In this document: in pieces, positions 24,530-36,547 of the stretch
Layout: the number at the start of each line of letters is the position of its first letter
Position numbering within the stretch: position 1 is the first letter of the stretch
DNA from: Camelus ferus
Taxonomy: Eukaryota
Assembly (NCBI RefSeq): GCF_009834535.1
Contig: NC_045697.1
Location: forward strand, 110,672,001-110,736,000
Reading direction: 5' to 3'
Length of the DNA: 64,000 nt
Made by a program: the position numbers and the translations under genes
Notes under the pieces: model-generated
The model's input: the letters and a program-made list of their open reading frames with translations, nothing else
What the model was told of the DNA's origin: nothing
The model's database searches: none

Positions 24530-26029
24530 AGCCCAGTTTTAAATAACTGACGTTTTAAAAAAATTCTGTCTAGAAAAATATTGTTAGGTTTTGTGTGTGT
24601 TTGTGTGTATGTGTGTAAAAAAAGTTGGCAGAAGAAAAGTTAGTTTGGAGTATACTCAGCCAATGGAACTTTCACCTCCACCTCAGGTCAACGGCTTAGA
24701 AAATATTGCAGAAGTCTGGCTGTGGCAGCAGCTATTGTTTGGGGGAAGAGGCTCTGAGAATTTCACCTATGTTGAGGGCTTACTTCAAATTATAACATCA
24801 TTCTTTAGTCAGGTGGGGTCCATCTTTTATGTCTGTGTTATGTACAGCTCAATGGCAGGAGGGACTAAGAGAAACGGTTTGATTTTGGTTTAAACTTCGT
24901 CTGATTAGGGGATGGTGGAAGACTTTCTCTGAATGTCCCATTAGGATGCCTGGCAGGTGTTTTCTTAACATTTGTACTGGAATTTAGAAATTTTAGAAAG
25001 TATGTTCAATGACTTTCTGGTAGCTGTGGGATTTCATAGCTCCTGAATGTGCTAATTTAACATTTGTCTAGTTTGGATGGCCTTGTTTTGAAGTGGTAGC
25101 AATGAAGGCTCTGAGGATCATTTTGAAGGAAGGTTGTTTTGAAATGTAGTGATGAGCTCATAAACTAAAGGTCATAACTGGACCAGTTGATCATTAATTT
25201 GTTTTTCTGCTTCTGGGCAAACCAGATCCTGTGTATTTGCAGCAGACTTTAATGCTGATGATTTAAACAATGAGACATGCCCGTTCTCTTCTTCCTGCAT
25301 TCAGAGACTGTGAAGTATAAGTTAAAAATGCTGAGCTGGAAGCTTAGAACCTGGGGTCTTAGCATCCTTTTACTCTAATGGGTCCCTTGACCCCAGTCTC
25401 TCTTTTCCTTTTGTAACTGATACAATACACACCTACAGAGAGATTTCTGGGGCTAGTTGAGGAAATTATTTTTCTAGGAATTTTTTAAAAATTAGGCTTT
25501 ATATTTTCTGCTTTGGCTAGATTCATTGATCAACAGATGGAAGCAGTTTAAAATAATTTTAAAATGTATTTAAGGGAGCATCTTATTATTAGTTTAGGTG
25601 TGTACTAAGAGTTTGGTTCTAATCACAGTAGATCCTGTTGTTTGTGAATAATGAGGGCATTTAATAGTATTACTGATTTATATTAAGCCATATGTTCAGG
25701 ATTAAGTCATCAAATAAAGATGATGATGCTTGGCTCCCGTCCTTGGAATCTTGTGTTCTGTGTGGGATTTGTTACTCCAGCACCACTATTGGGAAGGAGA
25801 TGCTTCTGTCCTCCAGGCTCTGCTTCTTCTCCTCTGCCCACCCCCTCACTAGGTCCCTCTGAGAGAGGTGGCCAGGCAGGCTTACTGCCCTTGGCTGATT
25901 AACAAGGGAGAGGAGGTACCCAGCTGATGAAAAGGCAGGACATTTCTCTTATGCCACAGCTGGCTCCTTAGAATCCAAGGACAGACCCCAGTATCTCTTT
26001 CTTTATTCCCACCAAAGTTTCTGCTAGTT

Positions 26030-26463
26030 GCTTTTTTTGCTTGTTTTTTTATTGAAGTATAGTCAGTTTACAATGTGCCAGTTTCTGATGTACAGCATGT
26101 TTCAGTCATACATATACACACATGTATTCCTTTTCATATTCTTTTTCATTATAAATTACTTTAGGATATTGAATATAATTCCCTGTGCTACACAGAAGAA
26201 ACTTGTTGTTAATCTATTTTGTATATACTAATTAATATTTGCAAATCTTGAACTCCCAATTTATACCTTTCCATTCCCCTGCCCAGGTCACCATGAGGTT
26301 GTTTACTATGTCTGTGAGTCTGTTTTTTGTTTTTTGTTTTTTTTTTTTTTGTAGATAAGTTCATTAGAGTTTTCTTTTTTCCTGTTTTTAGATTCCACAT
26401 ATGAGCGATGTCATATGCTATTTTTCTGTCTCTTTTTGGCTGACTTCTCTTAGAATGACGATC
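26030..26463 (-). mobile_element. Young L1 3'UTR fragment
   Basis: Homologous to 23928-24400: 'tttattgaagtatagtcagtttacaat', 'gattccacatatgag'. Confidence 0.9.
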
Positions 26464-27589
26464 CTGTTTCAGGGCTGAGTTCTGAGGGAGGATGGAGCCT
26501 GTATTAGAAAATAATTAACTCCAGCACCAGAATATAGACAATGATGGCAGAACCATCTAACAAAAAACCCCACGGCCAGACCAGGGCCAGAGCTGTCTTT
26601 ACTGGCTGCCTTGGCTGATGGCTCCCTGCTCAAGCACCTCCTTTCCCTACTCCATTGCCTTTCTCTTCTTCTCTCTGCTAAGCACTTTGCTCACTTTCCT
26701 TCCATTTCCCCTTCTGAGCAATAAAGCAGCTGCTCATTTCAGCCCTCTGCCTCTGCTCAATGAATCCTTTCAGGTGGCAAGGACCCACGCTTTGGTGTCC
26801 TTCCTAATCTAGGGAGCTCTCCATTTGCTAACACCTCCCAAAGAGGGGCTCTTTGTGGATTAGAACACAGATTGGACCTGGTTTTATGAGCTGGGATGGG
26901 TGGGCTACTGTGACAAGATGGTCGGTGCTTGTCTATGACCTTCTGTGCTGCTTTTCCAGGGGAATTTGACCAGGTTGCGCTCTCCCTTTCTCCTTCCCTG
27001 GAATATATAATTAAGCATCCAAGAGGATTCATGTGCCTTTGGCTCCTGGCTTTTTATGCTGTGTTGGTCCAGGTCTTCCAGGCATATTCAAGATTTACCT
27101 TCAGAAGAAGATAAGAGTCCTTCTTAGACTCATGCCTGAGTCACATACTCCAACTCAGTCTTCACTCAAAAGCCCTGCTTGGATGGTATCTAATATTGGC
27201 TCACTTATAAATAAATAACTGCTTCCCTGTATGAGTAGTCTTTCTTTCCCAGAGTTCTCTAGGACGGAGGGCTGAGTAATAGCTCAGACTATTTTCCTGA
27301 TTATAGTCTCAGAATAAAATGAGCTCTTTTTCAGAACTCAACACAGCAAGAGTTTCACTCCATGCTTGTCTGACTATTGCTTGCCTGCATTAAAATGGGA
27401 CACACACTGGCTTGGTGATCCTTGATCCGATTCTGTTCCAGGCTCTGCCTCTTACTCCATTGGTGACCTTGGCCATTAATTCCCTTATTTGTAAAATAAG
27501 GGAATCCAACTCGAGGTTCAGTTTTAATCTTTAACATATTCTGATGCTAAAAATGTCCCTCTAATGAGTTCAAAGCCCAATTACCTAGG

Positions 27590-27835
27590 AAATTTATTTA
27601 TTTATTTTTATTGAAATACAGTCAGTTATAATGTGTCGATTTCTGGTGTACAGCATAATGTCCCAGTCATGCATATATATACATATATATTCATTTTCAT
27701 ATTTTTTTCATTAAAGGTTATTGCAAGATATTGAATATAGTGCCCCATATAGTGCCTTATACAGAAGAAATTAGTTTTTTTAATCTGTTTTTTATATAAA
27801 GTAGTTAATATTTGCAAATCTCAAAATTTATTTTT
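27590..27835 (-). mobile_element. Young L1 3'UTR fragment
   Basis: 'ttattgaaatacagtcagttataatgtgtc...aatatttgcaaatctca'; aaatttattt on both flanks (possible TSD). Confidence 0.9.
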
Positions 27836-29086
27836 ATTTTTAATCTTTCCTCTAAATATCCCTTTGAATCACAATATGCCTCCTTCCCCCTACCCCAATA
27901 CAAACACCCTTAAATATCGGTGAATTAAACATATTTTCTGTGAATGGAGAAAAGATTTTATGCGACATCATAAAATGTCTGTGGGGAAACGGAAGAAGGC
28001 ACCCAGAGTAAAACAGGTCTCATCATATTTAGGAGGCTTTTTAAAAAACAGCTTCAAGCCAAATATCCTGGTGTCAGAAGAAGCAGATCAAGCAGTTTCT
28101 AATATGTCTCATTTATAGCCTTTTCACATAACCCAGGGTATCACATTTTTAAAGAGAATGAGCCATGCCGAACTCTGAAAAGAGCTTAATGTTTCTGTGA
28201 ATAACATAATTAAAATGAAGATTCACATGAATGACTTAATCTGGGCCATTGCTTTATGAAGAATTTGAGAAAGAAGGATTTATTCAGGAGGCCTGTGGAG
28301 AGGATAATAGAGAATAAAAATATGGCTCGGCTTTGGAGCAGGAGGTGACATAATTGCAGAGGGCGGCTGCTGAGCCCAAGCTGGATAAATGGCTCTGCAT
28401 GGACTCAGAGGCCAAATATGGACAGAAGGACTGGATGAAGAAAAAGAGCAAAATCTGAGATACAAAATGTAGTATCTCAGGATGAGGACAGTGGGCTCAA
28501 CCTCCATAGCATGTAGTTAAAGAGGAGAGCTTACTGGGGCTCTGAAAGAACAGAGCAGCAAAGGGAATGGAAATCCAGCACCTGCTCCGTGCAGGTCTCT
28601 GGTGTCTTTTTTAAATGCTTAATCCTGGAGCTTTCAGGGGTTAGAATGGATTGTGTTGCGTGCGCAGATACTCAACATTAGCCTCATGTCCTTGAGGAAA
28701 TACCCTTTGCTCTGACCCTTATTGAATTTCATTTACAATGTCTGTTGAGTACCTGGTGTTTCGTGTATTTCTGCTGCATCATCTCACGTGGAAGAGAAGG
28801 GGAAAGGGCAGTGAGAAGTGGTGGAGAGCAAGCCAAGCTCCTCACTAACTTTCATCATCATCCCAGAGAAAGTTCTATTTCAAGCACAAATTGCTTGGCA
28901 CATATTTTTCATGAGGTCACCCAAGGAAAACAATGAACTGTCAAATGCAAAAAAATAATCTCTTCCATTTACACATGGACTTTGTCTTCCAATTCTAATT
29001 ATTGTCTGGAAAATTTAGGAGAGGTTTATACCAAGCCAATTGAATGTTGGTTTTTTTAACGATTCTTTTTTTTTTTTTTTTTTGAC

Positions 29087-30162
29087 TGTTGGGAGAGCAT
29101 TCTCCATGGATCTCTCAATGTTCCTATGTGTCTTAAGACAGAGGTGCTGATTGCCCTCTTATTCTCAGCTACCTTTTAGTGTTTCTGTGCCAAACAGCTT
29201 TGAAAAAATAGTGTCTTTCTTCAAAGCAAAGAGCATGCATGTTTATTGTCAAGTAAAAAAACCCCCCAAAATTGCTTTTCTACAGCAAAGAGTTGAGCAT
29301 GCGTTCCACCAATTACAGAAGCTTAAGTTTCTTCTGCTCTAATACAAACCACTCAGGGTGCAGCCATCTATCTGGGCCTATTTATGTCCCCCTCTGGGAA
29401 TTGGGACTAGGGACTAGGGAGGGAATGCAAATATGCTGATTCTCATGCTTGCCCTGCCGTGAGTAATAAAGTCCTTTGTCTCTGACCCAGAAATCTTTTC
29501 CCTTTTGCCACCATCCATGAACTACTAATGAGTTGTGGTAGTGTTGTTGGAGAACAGGTTCTTGCCTCATGCAGGAAAGAATTCAAGAGCAAGGCGTGGT
29601 AAAGTGAAAGCAGGTTTATTTAGAGAGATACACACTCCATGGACAGAGTGGGGTCTGTCTCTCTCAGAAGGGAGAGCAGCTTAGGAGATACACACTCCAT
29701 AGGCAGAATGTGAGAGGGAGAGAGACCAAAAGGTGTGGAGGTGCTTCATTTAAAGTAAAAGCAGTTACACACTCCATAGACAGGATGTGGGCCGTCTCAG
29801 AAGGCAAGAGAGAGAGCGACCATGCGGTGCAGAGCTGTTAGGCCTTACAGGCTCAGTAATTGCATATGCTAATGAGTAGGAGGATTATTCCAACTACTTT
29901 GGGGAAAGAGAAGGGATTTCCATGAATTGGGCTCCTGCCCACTTTTTGACATTTTATGGTCAGCTTAAGAACTGTCATAGCACCTGTGGGTGTGCATGAG
30001 GCTCAAGGTCTACTGGAAGTCGAATCTTCAGCCATCTTGGTTCTAACCAGTGGGTCCCCTCCTCGTTGCTGTGTCATTCCTTCAGTGGCTGTGCCCTGTC
30101 CTCTTCCCTCCTGTCTCAGACGCTAAACTCGGGTAACACTTCAGACAATAAACAGTCTTTGA
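29087..30162 (+). mobile_element. MER76/MER77-like ERVL LTR split by a nested LTR
   Basis: Start 'tgttgggagagcattctccatgg', 'gtgagtaataaagtcctttgtctctgacccag'; 3' remnant resumes after 30118. Confidence 0.7.
29542..30118 (-). mobile_element. ERV1-type solo LTR (MER41-like) inserted antisense
   Basis: Minus strand begins TGAGACAGG and ends CAACA; minus-strand AATAAA (tttatt ~29615); three internal 'acacactccat' repeats. Confidence 0.8.
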
Positions 30163-31118
30163 TGAGGCAGAGGTGCTGAGGGTGGGATGTTGACAGACAT
30201 AACTAAGAATAATCCCAACATTCTTCTCTTCCTTTTCACTTCAATAAATAGGAGTTTAGCCAAGAAAATAATGCTATCCAACAATTTTTATGAGGTTTAC
30301 CAATTTCAACTTCTAGAAACAAAAGTTTTAAAGACTCGTATTACTTTCTGTTGTGACTTTTTTTTATTCGAAATGGGCTTTGTGTGGATATGAGTGACCA
30401 ATATTGAAAATGGAAATGGGCAGAACTCAAAAATTCAGAAAATATTCTAGCTTTGGGGAGCATATGAGTGGCCATGTAAATAAATTAAAGAAATTCCCTA
30501 GAGCTAAATCCTTACGTAAAGCTCAGTTTTATCTAATGTATGATAGATAAACATGTACTGATATTCATTAAACTGAATTAAATAACAGCCATTTTGCTTA
30601 ACTCAGTACATGCATGATACCATGGCCAGTACACAGTTAAACATTTACAAAATTCGTTCACTTGATTGATGGAAAAAAACAGTTTCTGGATAAAGAAAGA
30701 GAACAAAACAAAACAAAACAAAACAAAAAACGGTATTACAGAAGGACTGTGCAAGGCTGGGAAAATGCGATTTTGAGGACGGGCTCCCAGCACAAATATG
30801 ATTTGACGATAGAATAATCAAGTTTCCCAAAGAACATGAAACTCCTCTGAACCATTCTTATCACTTAACAACAGGAGGAAGAGGGTGGTATGTAAATAAC
30901 CCTATCTATGCACATGATACACCTACCTTTCCCTCATGTATGCAGAGCTAGACTCAACCACATTATCTAGCCTGTGGTTGTGAGTGATAAGCGAGTGTTC
31001 AACTAGCTACCCTTGCCAAACCAGCAGTTTCGGACTTACATCATTGCTGGTTCTAGATTATAGATTTTTCTGGAGTCCCAGCCAAAAATCTTGGTTATTT
31101 GGCACAGTCCTTCCTTCT

Positions 31119-31316
31119 GGGGCTGCCAGATTACATATAAACAAACAAAACAGTAAACAAACAAGCAAAACCTAAAACAAAATAAAAGGAATGCTCAATT
31201 AATTTTGAACTTTGAATTGCTAATATTATGTGAAAACATACTTAGGCTAAAAGATTTTTTGTTTTTTATCTGAAATTCAAAGCTGACTGGCACCTTGTCT
31301 TTTATGTGGCAACCTT
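31119..31316. mobile_element. MER53-like palindromic hAT MITE
   Basis: TIRs 'ggggctgccagat' / 'atgtggcaacct'; 'tttatctgaaattcaaa' internal motif. Confidence 0.8.
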
Positions 31317-32279
31317 ATTGTACCTGGTATTTGATTTCCCATTAGCCAATCCCATGAGAATTTTGAAGCTTCCGCCCAGTTTCTCTTCTACCAATTTCTA
31401 TTTAGCTTTTGGGCCATGCTTTGGAAATGAGAAACTCTTTAAGGTGAAATCTGATGCTGAATACTGGGCTTACCACTGAGTTTCTATTCTTTCTTAATCT
31501 TCATCTCTTAAGTCTCACACAATTGCAACTGTCTGAGGTTTTCTAGAAAATTTTGTCTGTAGACACCAGCAATGGAATAGAAATTTTAGGTTGATCAAGA
31601 TTTCAAATTTCAAATCCACTCATTAAAGTTACTGTCCTTGATGAATAGTTTCATTATTAATAGCAACAGTAATAATACCACTAATAAAAGATAGCATATT
31701 AAGCACAAAATGTGTGTCTGGCAATAACTAAGTATTTTTCATGAATTGACTAATTCTCACTCTCTGTATGCCCATTTTTCAGATAAGGTTTATTAAGTGC
31801 CTACATGGGACATAAGGACTGAGGAGTACAACCACAAAGAAACTATAAAACATTTATTTCTCTCAGCTGGAGCTTGCCACAGTGCCTAGTACTAAATAAT
31901 CACTCCAAGAATAATAAATTATGGTCACTGGACAGTTTTCCACACAGGTAGGACACAACCCATTAGCTATTTGAATTTAATTGACCCTGGTAATGCCTAC
32001 CTCATTTAGAATCATGATCTTTTAACAGCATTATACTTCTATTGTATGCTTCCACAGGTAATTGCAACTGTGGTTTTTCCAAAGCCTGTTTTAGCATCAG
32101 TGGCCCAATACCCCAAACACATAAAAGCTTTTTACTCTGGTTAAAGAGAGTTAGAGTGACACAGCCCTCTCAGTTATGTTTCCCTCTCTCCACTGCGGAC
32201 TTAAAACCATCTAGAAATCTCTAAGACTCTGGGGCAGCACATATTTTTGAAAAATGTCCACTGTTGGTCCAACCTGATT

Positions 32280-32760
32280 GTTTCAGCAATTTCATGGTAG
32301 TAAAATATGATTGCAGCTCACGGGCATAGTTGACTGATCAGGAGTGGGAACCTGATGCAACTTGTACCAATGTAACCCTTTTCCAGCATTTTCAGGAAAT
32401 GAGTTGAGGAAGGAGCTGAGCTTTAAGATATTAAGGAACCAATTCTTGACTCCATCACAGGTAACATGGATTTTTCTTGGGAGTTTCCTGCTTAGAAACA
32501 TTGATCCTTTTCTTATTTCTACTGAGGGAAATAACCAGAAATATATTATGAAGTCTCTTGTAAGCCCAGGCCTTGTGCTTTTGCCACTGGGCACCCTCTG
32601 CTGCAATCATTGTAGTTGCACTCACGTTTGTTGAGGACAGAGCAAGACCCTGGAAAAAGCTGTACCTGCATAGCTCAATTATAGGAACAATTGCTGTAAA
32701 TTTAGAAATTCTTCATCATCAGGCATTAGGTCTCTGGTTCTTCAGTTAACTTCAGAGAGC
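32280..32760 (+). mobile_element. Old MLT1-type LTR remnant
   Basis: 'gttgactgatcaggagtgggaacctgatgcaacttgtaccaat' resembles the MLT1K/L core; boundaries approximate. Confidence 0.4.
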
Positions 32761-33274
32761 TTCATGAAATCTCTGATCCAAAAAAAAAAAAAAAAAAAAA
32801 GGATTATCTTTTGTATTTATTTAAAATGCAGAAAAGAGATGACAAAAAATCAAACAGAAAACAATACAGGTTCAAAGGCAAACAATCTGACCAAAACAAA
32901 GGGAGCTAGATGGGGGATGAATGAGAATTTTTATAAGAACTCTAAAGAAGAGTTTGCCTGGAAATCTATGTCTTCTGAGGGAAATAGAGGCTCTGTCCAA
33001 TAATGTGTTACTTCTGCAAGAAAGTTTGGTAGCTGAAAAGGAAAGAAAGGAAGAAGGATGAGAGGGAGAGTGGTAGGGGAAAAGGAAGGAGGGAAGATCT
33101 TTAGAATCTACCAGTCTCATAAAAGTAGCACGCAGATAATTTGAAAAATCGTCAAAGCAAAAGTAATTGATGATTCAAGCAAGATGATTTCAACAGAACA
33201 GTGATATCATCAAAGTAGAAGAGACATAGTAAAAATCAGTACAAGGATAGCAACTCTGCATTTCATTCTACAAT

Positions 33275-33361
33275 TCATCTTGGGTACGTAGAGTCAGAAA
33301 TGCTGAGGGAAGAGCTGTGGAAATTGAACATGGATCAACATGGCTGCGTCGGTTAACCAAT
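33275..33361 (+). repeat. ~87-bp dispersed direct repeat, copy 1
   Basis: About 83% identical (hand alignment) to 35141-35228. Confidence 0.9.
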
Positions 33362-33724
33362 GTATATGAGACATTTTGATGTCAATGAACATGGATTTGG
33401 AGCTGCAGAGATCTGAATTTAAAACTCAGCTTTCTGCATGTTTTCTCATTTGTAATATGTAAAAAATAAAGTTTAACTTGCAGCTTTTTTTTAAGTTTTG
33501 TAGTTATGAACCAGAGTAACCAAAGCCATGAATCTGTCCTTGAAAAAAAAAAAAAATCCTTGGAAGCAAGGGCTGGATCACTAATGCTGTAAGAAGTGGG
33601 GTCCCAGTCTCTCTGCTGGTAATGAGGATATCAAACCCAAGGTCCCATGATCATTAAGGCTCCATTTCTAACAATAATATTAAGAGAATCTAAAATATAA
33701 AACACAGGAATGTAGATAACAGAA

Positions 33725-33990
33725 CAGAAACAGATTCAACAAGCTAGTGGATACCAGTGGGGAGAGAGGAGGGGGAGGGGCAAAATAGGGATATGAGATT
33801 AAAAGATACAAAGTACTATGTATAAAATAGATAAGCAGGAAGGATCTATAGTACAGCACAAGGAAGAATACCCATTAGTTTGTAATAACTTTAAATGGAG
33901 TATAATCTATAAAAATATTGAATCACTATGCTGTACACCTGAAACTAATACGATATTGTAAATAACTACACTTCAATTTAAAAAAAAAAA
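33725..33990 (+). mobile_element. L1 3'UTR fragment with poly(A) tail
   Basis: G-rich tract, 'actatgtataaaatagataagc', 'tgctgtacacctgaaactaat', 'cttcaatttaaaaaaaaaaa'. Confidence 0.9.
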
Positions 33991-34187
33991 CAGAGGTAGA
34001 TAAAAAATAAAAATAAATAAGTAAAAATTTAAAAAGGAGACTCTGACTATGAAAACTTTTCATACATGAACAGCATTTGTTCTGCAGCATTCAAAAATTG
34101 GATAAGAATAAAGATGACAGAATCTATTGAAATGAAACAATGCAGACAAATCTGTGCGCAATGCTTCTAGTTTTTTTATGCCTTTCT

Positions 34188-34269
34188 TTTTTTTGTGTGA
34201 TCCAATATTTTTATAGATTATCCTCCATTTAAAGTGATTACAAAATAATGCTTATATTTCCCTGTGTTC
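34188..34269 (-). mobile_element. Tiny TSD-flanked L1 3'UTR fragment, prematurely polyadenylated
   Basis: Reverse complement of L1 'gtaataactttaaatggagtataatctataaaaatattga'; T-run at left; TSD atgcctttct/atgcttttct. Confidence 0.75.
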
Positions 34270-34356
34270 ATGCTTTTCTGTTCCTTCCCCAACAGAGCGT
34301 TTTAAAGGAAACTGCACCCAAACAGCACAATTTCAAAGTCACAGAGGCTATGAAAA

Positions 34357-35157
34357 ATGACTTTTTTAAACAGGAGAGTGTCATTTCAAAAAAAATGCTA
34401 TGTGGGAAAAATAATGATGTTACTTGAAAAACAGATTGAAACAGAAGTTAGAAAAAGGCCAAACGAATGCAAATATATTTCCTCAGGAAGACACTGTTGG
34501 CACATTTATTATTATTATTATTATTTTGCAGGCTCATTATTTATTTTACTTTCTCTAAGTAAGGAAATTGGCCAAAGAAGAGATTTGTTTATTTTTCACC
34601 TTAAGGACTGTGTATACACTAAAATGGACATACTACTCCCTTCTCTGAGAAATTCTGGTATGAGCATCATTTACAAATGTTTTGCATCATTGCTGTCCTG
34701 TCGACTGAATGGCCTTTGTTTTGTTTGTTTTCTGCTGTTGATTCTTCCACACCCACCTATACATTATAATAGAAATGTTGATGCTGCATTTGTGCCTACA
34801 GAGTCCTCCTGTCATTGGACAGGAGTATGGAAAGTCAAGAATATTAATTCAAAAGGTCACGCTTTCACAGCCACTTCATTTGTCAGATTTGTTTCTGGTG
34901 TGAGACAGCAACAGACTCTCATTGCTGCAAGAGGAGACCAAGGAAATTGCTGTTTAGCTCTTCTCTGTTGCCCAAGGTCATTTCCCAGACTACTGGTATC
35001 CAATTTGGATTGTTCTGTAAGCAGCTCAAATGTTAATCAAATAATAATTTATACAATGACATATATTAGGATGGACAATGGAAGAGAGGAAGCTGATGCC
35101 AAAGACATAGCTATAAAGCTGGTTATGACAGCTATAAAAGTCATCTTGGGTACATAG
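34357..35157 (+). other. 266-codon ORF with no recognised homology (de novo ORF candidate, coding status unproven)
   Basis: Longest ORF in the track, outside recognised repeats; polypyrimidine+CAG acceptor ending 34295; AATAAA 35369-35374. Confidence 0.2.
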
Positions 35158-35228
35158 GACCAAAAACGCTGAGGGCAGAGCTATGGAACATTGCACATGG
35201 ATCAATATGGCTGCCTCAGTGAAACAAT
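35141..35228 (+). repeat. ~87-bp dispersed direct repeat, copy 2
   Basis: 'tcatcttgggtac...gctgaggg.agagct.tggaa...acatggatcaa.atggctgc' shared with 33275-33361. Confidence 0.9.
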
Positions 35229-36162
35229 TACACTTTAGTTATGCTGGTTTCTTCTCTAACTCACCCTGGAAATATTGAAACATGATTTGGAATCAAGGTC
35301 CCAATGAAAAAGTCTTTCAACAGGCATGATTAGCTATCTTGTAATACAAACTCAGAGAACACCAGGATAATAAACATAGTTGGAGGGCATTCCATACAGT
35401 CTAAATGGAAAAAAAATATTAAAATTATCAATTTACTGGCAAGACCAGGATGGTGTGTGCCTGCATCTATCCCTCATGTGCTTTATCATGTCCTTTACTT
35501 CTTTCCTCCTATTATCTGTGCACTGTGAGTTGCTCCACATGCAGAGGCCTGCGATCAAACAAATTTGGGAAACTGCATATTGCCAACTTTTTCTACAGCT
35601 ATTTGACCATAAAACACTTTATTTGTTTCTTACTCATATGACATTTACATGAATAGTAAAGTGTGGAACCATCTTCTGTTAAATTAAAGAAATAATCAAG
35701 AGCTATGGATTTTTCATTTTTTTTTAAATACTTTGCTGGATATGTGGCCAAAATATTCAAGGCTACATTCTTTCTGTTGGTAGATGAGAGTTCCAATGAT
35801 GGCGTTAAACACTGAGTAATCCAGTGTCTCTTTCCTGCCAAGTTCCTACAGCTCTCGAAGTGTGTCTGTCTCTCCTCCCCTGGTGTAACCCTTCTGGCCA
35901 CAGTACCCGCTAAGGCAGGAGGTGAGACACCCCATGGATTTGCATCTCCTCAATGCTTTAATCCAGGGATCAAAAGTTGGCTTTGAAGACCTGAATGTAA
36001 ATATTATATGTATTTTAATAATATTACATATTATTACTTAATTATTCATCTATTCAGTCACTGTTCTTTCTAAATATTTTTGCATTATTTCTCTTCCATC
36101 CATCTCTACTTATTGCATCTTGTTTCTTTCAAGTCACAATTTTTAAAAATTTCTGCTTATAA

Positions 36163-36547
36163 GTATCTATTAGTTAAGGTAATGCTCGCTGCAGTAACAA
36201 GCAAACCCTCAAATCTCATCCATCAATCCATTACAAGTGTATTTCTCTGCTCATGAAGTCTGAAGTAGGTGCTACTGATTCACCTCCCCCTCCCCATTCT
36301 GTGCTCCGTAATCTTCTTCATTTGGCCTCAAAAGTCTCAACAGAGGGGCAAGAACCTGAAGGATCACACTTGGGAGGTTTTACAGGCCAGGTCTGAAAGG
36401 CGCACAAATCACTTCTGCTCTTGTTCCAGGAGCGACAGCGCAGTCACACAGCATACACAACTGTAAGGGAGGTTGGAGAAAACAGTCAAGCCATTTGCCT
36501 ATGAAAGAAGAAATGGCCTGACTGAGAGCAGTCTAAACACTGGCACA
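36163..36547 (-). mobile_element. MLT1J/K-like MaLR LTR
   Basis: 'gctgcagtaacaagcaaaccctcaaatctca', 'atcacttctgctc', 'aactgtaagggaggttggagaa'. Confidence 0.75.
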
